Assembly (NCBI GenBank): GCA_020510985.1
Contig: CM035843.1
Coordinates: 157,123,922-157,187,921 of the forward strand
DNA: 64,000 bases
Reading direction: 5' to 3'
DNA from: Pholidichthys leucotaenia
Lineage: Eukaryota
Positions 62,738 to 64,000 of the stretch are shown in pieces (position 1 is the first letter of the stretch; each line of letters begins with the position of its first letter). The notes beneath the pieces were generated by a model. It was not told where the DNA came from and did not search any database. It worked only from the letters and a program-made list of their open reading frames with translations. Both the position numbers and the translations under genes were made by a program.

Positions 62738-62930
62738 GGGGGGGGGGGGGTGAAAAGTTCATAGTGGTCAAATTTGACCAAATGTGGTTTATTTTTCAAC
62801 ATAGTCTCCCCTTCGGTCCACACACTTCTTCCATCAGTGTTGCAGTGCTTGAATCCTTGTGGTTGAAAAATAAACCACATTTGGTCAAATTTGACCACTA
62901 TGAATTTTTCAGCCCCCACCCCATATGTGA
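62738..62930. mobile_element. Palindromic MITE-like element with about 60-bp inverted arms and G/C homopolymer ends
   Basis: Left arm 'gggggggggggtgaaaagttcatagtggtcaaatttgaccaaatgtggtttatttttcaac'. Right arm '...ggttgaaaaataaaccacatttggtcaaatttgaccactatgaatttttcagcccccacccc'. Arms are near-perfect reverse complements around an about 65-bp loop. Confidence 0.6.
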
Positions 62931-63149
62931 TTTCTTATATTTTTGCATATTTGTCACACTTAAACATTTCAGATTATTAAACACATTTTAATATTAGACA
63001 AGGGTAACCCGAGTAAATAAAAAATGCAGTTTTTAAATGATGATTTCATTGATTAAGGACAAAAGCTACCTGACCCCATGTGGAAGATGTAACCCCCCCC
63101 CCCCCCATTACATCGTGAATTAACTGTGATTAAATTTTTTTGGGAAAGC

Positions 63150-63650
63150 TGACTTTAATTCCACTAGCCACACCCAGGTCTGATCACTGCCAGACTTGTG
63201 GAATCAAGAAATCACTTAAATAGAACCTTTCTGACAAAGTGAAGCAGGTTAAAGGATCTCAAAAAGCAACACATCATGCCACAATCTACAGAAATTCAAG
63301 CGCAGATGAGAACCAAAAATCTAGAAGAACATCTGGTCACTGGTCCATGATTCAACAATAAGAAAGAAAATGGGTGGGCAAAGATGGAATCCATGGGAGA
63401 GTTCCAAGGAGAAACCCACTGCTGACCAAAAACAACACAGTCTCATCTCACATTGCTAAAAAAAAAAAAAACATCTTGATGATCCCCAAGACTTTTGGGA
63501 AAATATTCTGTGGACTGGCGAGACCAAAGTTAAACTTTCTGGAAGGCGTGTGTCCCCTTACATCCGGGAGTAAAACTAACGCAGCATTTCATAAAAACAG
63601 TAGTCAAACATGGTGGTGGTAGTGTCATGGTCTGGTCTTTTTTTAATGCA
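63150..63650 (+). pseudogene. Tc1 transposase remnant
   Basis: 'DPQDFWENILWTGETKVKLSGRRVS' and 'SSQTWWW' (decayed 'ILWSDETK...' and 'KHGGGS' motifs). Confidence 0.5.
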
Positions 63651-63685
63651 TTACAGTGCCTGAAGTACCAGTGAGCAGAGCAGCC

Positions 63686-63771
63686 ATGGAGCCCCTCAGA
63701 AACCAGAGCCAGCCTGTGACCTCTGTGAGTCCGAGTCAGAGGGAAGACGTCCCTGTCCCTGATAAGATGAG
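63686..63771 (+). CDS. Candidate short coding exon with start codon (speculative)
   Basis: 'gcagccATGG' Kozak-like context. ORF MEPLRNQSQPVTSVSPSQREDVPVPDKM. Ends at a 'gag|gtgagc' consensus splice donor. Upstream 'ttaatgcattacag' is acceptor-like. No homology could be assessed. Confidence 0.25.
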
Positions 63772-63812
63772 GTGAGCAGATGTTTGTTGGTGAGAAGATC
63801 ACAAATACAGTA

Positions 63813-64000
63813 CACACATGGACAAAATTGTTGGTACCCCTCTGTTAATGAAAGAAAAAACCACAGTGGTCGCAGAAATAACTTGAATCTGACAAAAGTG
63901 GTAATAAATAAAAATTCTATGAAAATTAACCAATGAAAATCAGACAATGCTTTTGTATTGTGGTTCAACGGAATTATTTTAAAAAACAAACTCATGAAAC
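63813..64000 (+). mobile_element. Second copy of the 6510-8123 Tc1 transposon (5' terminal inverted repeat only; cut by window end)
   Basis: 'TAcacacatggacaaaattgttggtacccctctgttaatgaaagaaaaaaccacagtggtcgcagaaataacttgaatctgacaaaagtggtaataaataaaaattctatgaaaatt...' matches 6510-6700 at more than 95%. Confidence 0.85.

Overview
This window is eukaryotic nuclear DNA, almost certainly from a teleost fish. It is not prokaryotic: there are no operons, and the tandem arrays are satellites rather than CRISPR arrays. It is an extremely transposon-dense accessory region, and I could find only two convincing host coding exons.

Host exons: 6261-6388 and 8445-8637 (+) have a splice acceptor and donor each, phase-compatible, and together encode a BRCT-like domain.

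Transposable elements present:
- Tc1 DNA transposon, apparently intact (6510-8123), with a 338-aa DD34E transposase, ~200-bp terminal inverted repeats and TA target-site duplications. It sits in the intron between the two host exons. A second copy starts at 63813 and is cut by the window end.
- Full-length L2-clade LINE on the minus strand (about 18820-23190), with an intact esterase-type ORF1 and a 1059-aa endonuclease plus reverse-transcriptase ORF2.
- Two young ~4.9-kb LTR retrotransposons with BEL/Pao-like features (12133-17019 and 39729-44590). Each has near-identical LTRs, 4-bp target-site duplications and a poly-G polypurine tract. Their intact ORFs are complementary: copy 1 keeps gag-protease, copy 2 keeps a 1045-aa pol.
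- Three L1-clade elements (ORF1 with coiled coil and RRM; ORF2 with APE endonuclease and RT). Copy B (31686-37220) is nested inside copy A (25209-38368). Copy C (56568-62077) lies inside an old Tc1 relic. All three have clear target-site duplications.
- Several CR1/Rex-like LINE fragments, one of them nested in L1 copy A.
- tRNA-derived SINEs, two MITE/palindromic elements, and several Tc1 relics.

Other structures:
- A ~20-bp minisatellite with a ~120-bp higher-order repeat is arranged as inverted arrays around a 1-kb unique core (2690-5830).
- An ~850-bp segment at 13-1190 is repeated in inverted orientation at 23200-38880. The distal copy has been expanded to about 15.7 kb by Tc1, L1 and L2 insertions, so the two copies serve as empty and filled sites for several insertions.

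All homology calls come from reading motifs and six-frame translations by eye. No database search was possible.
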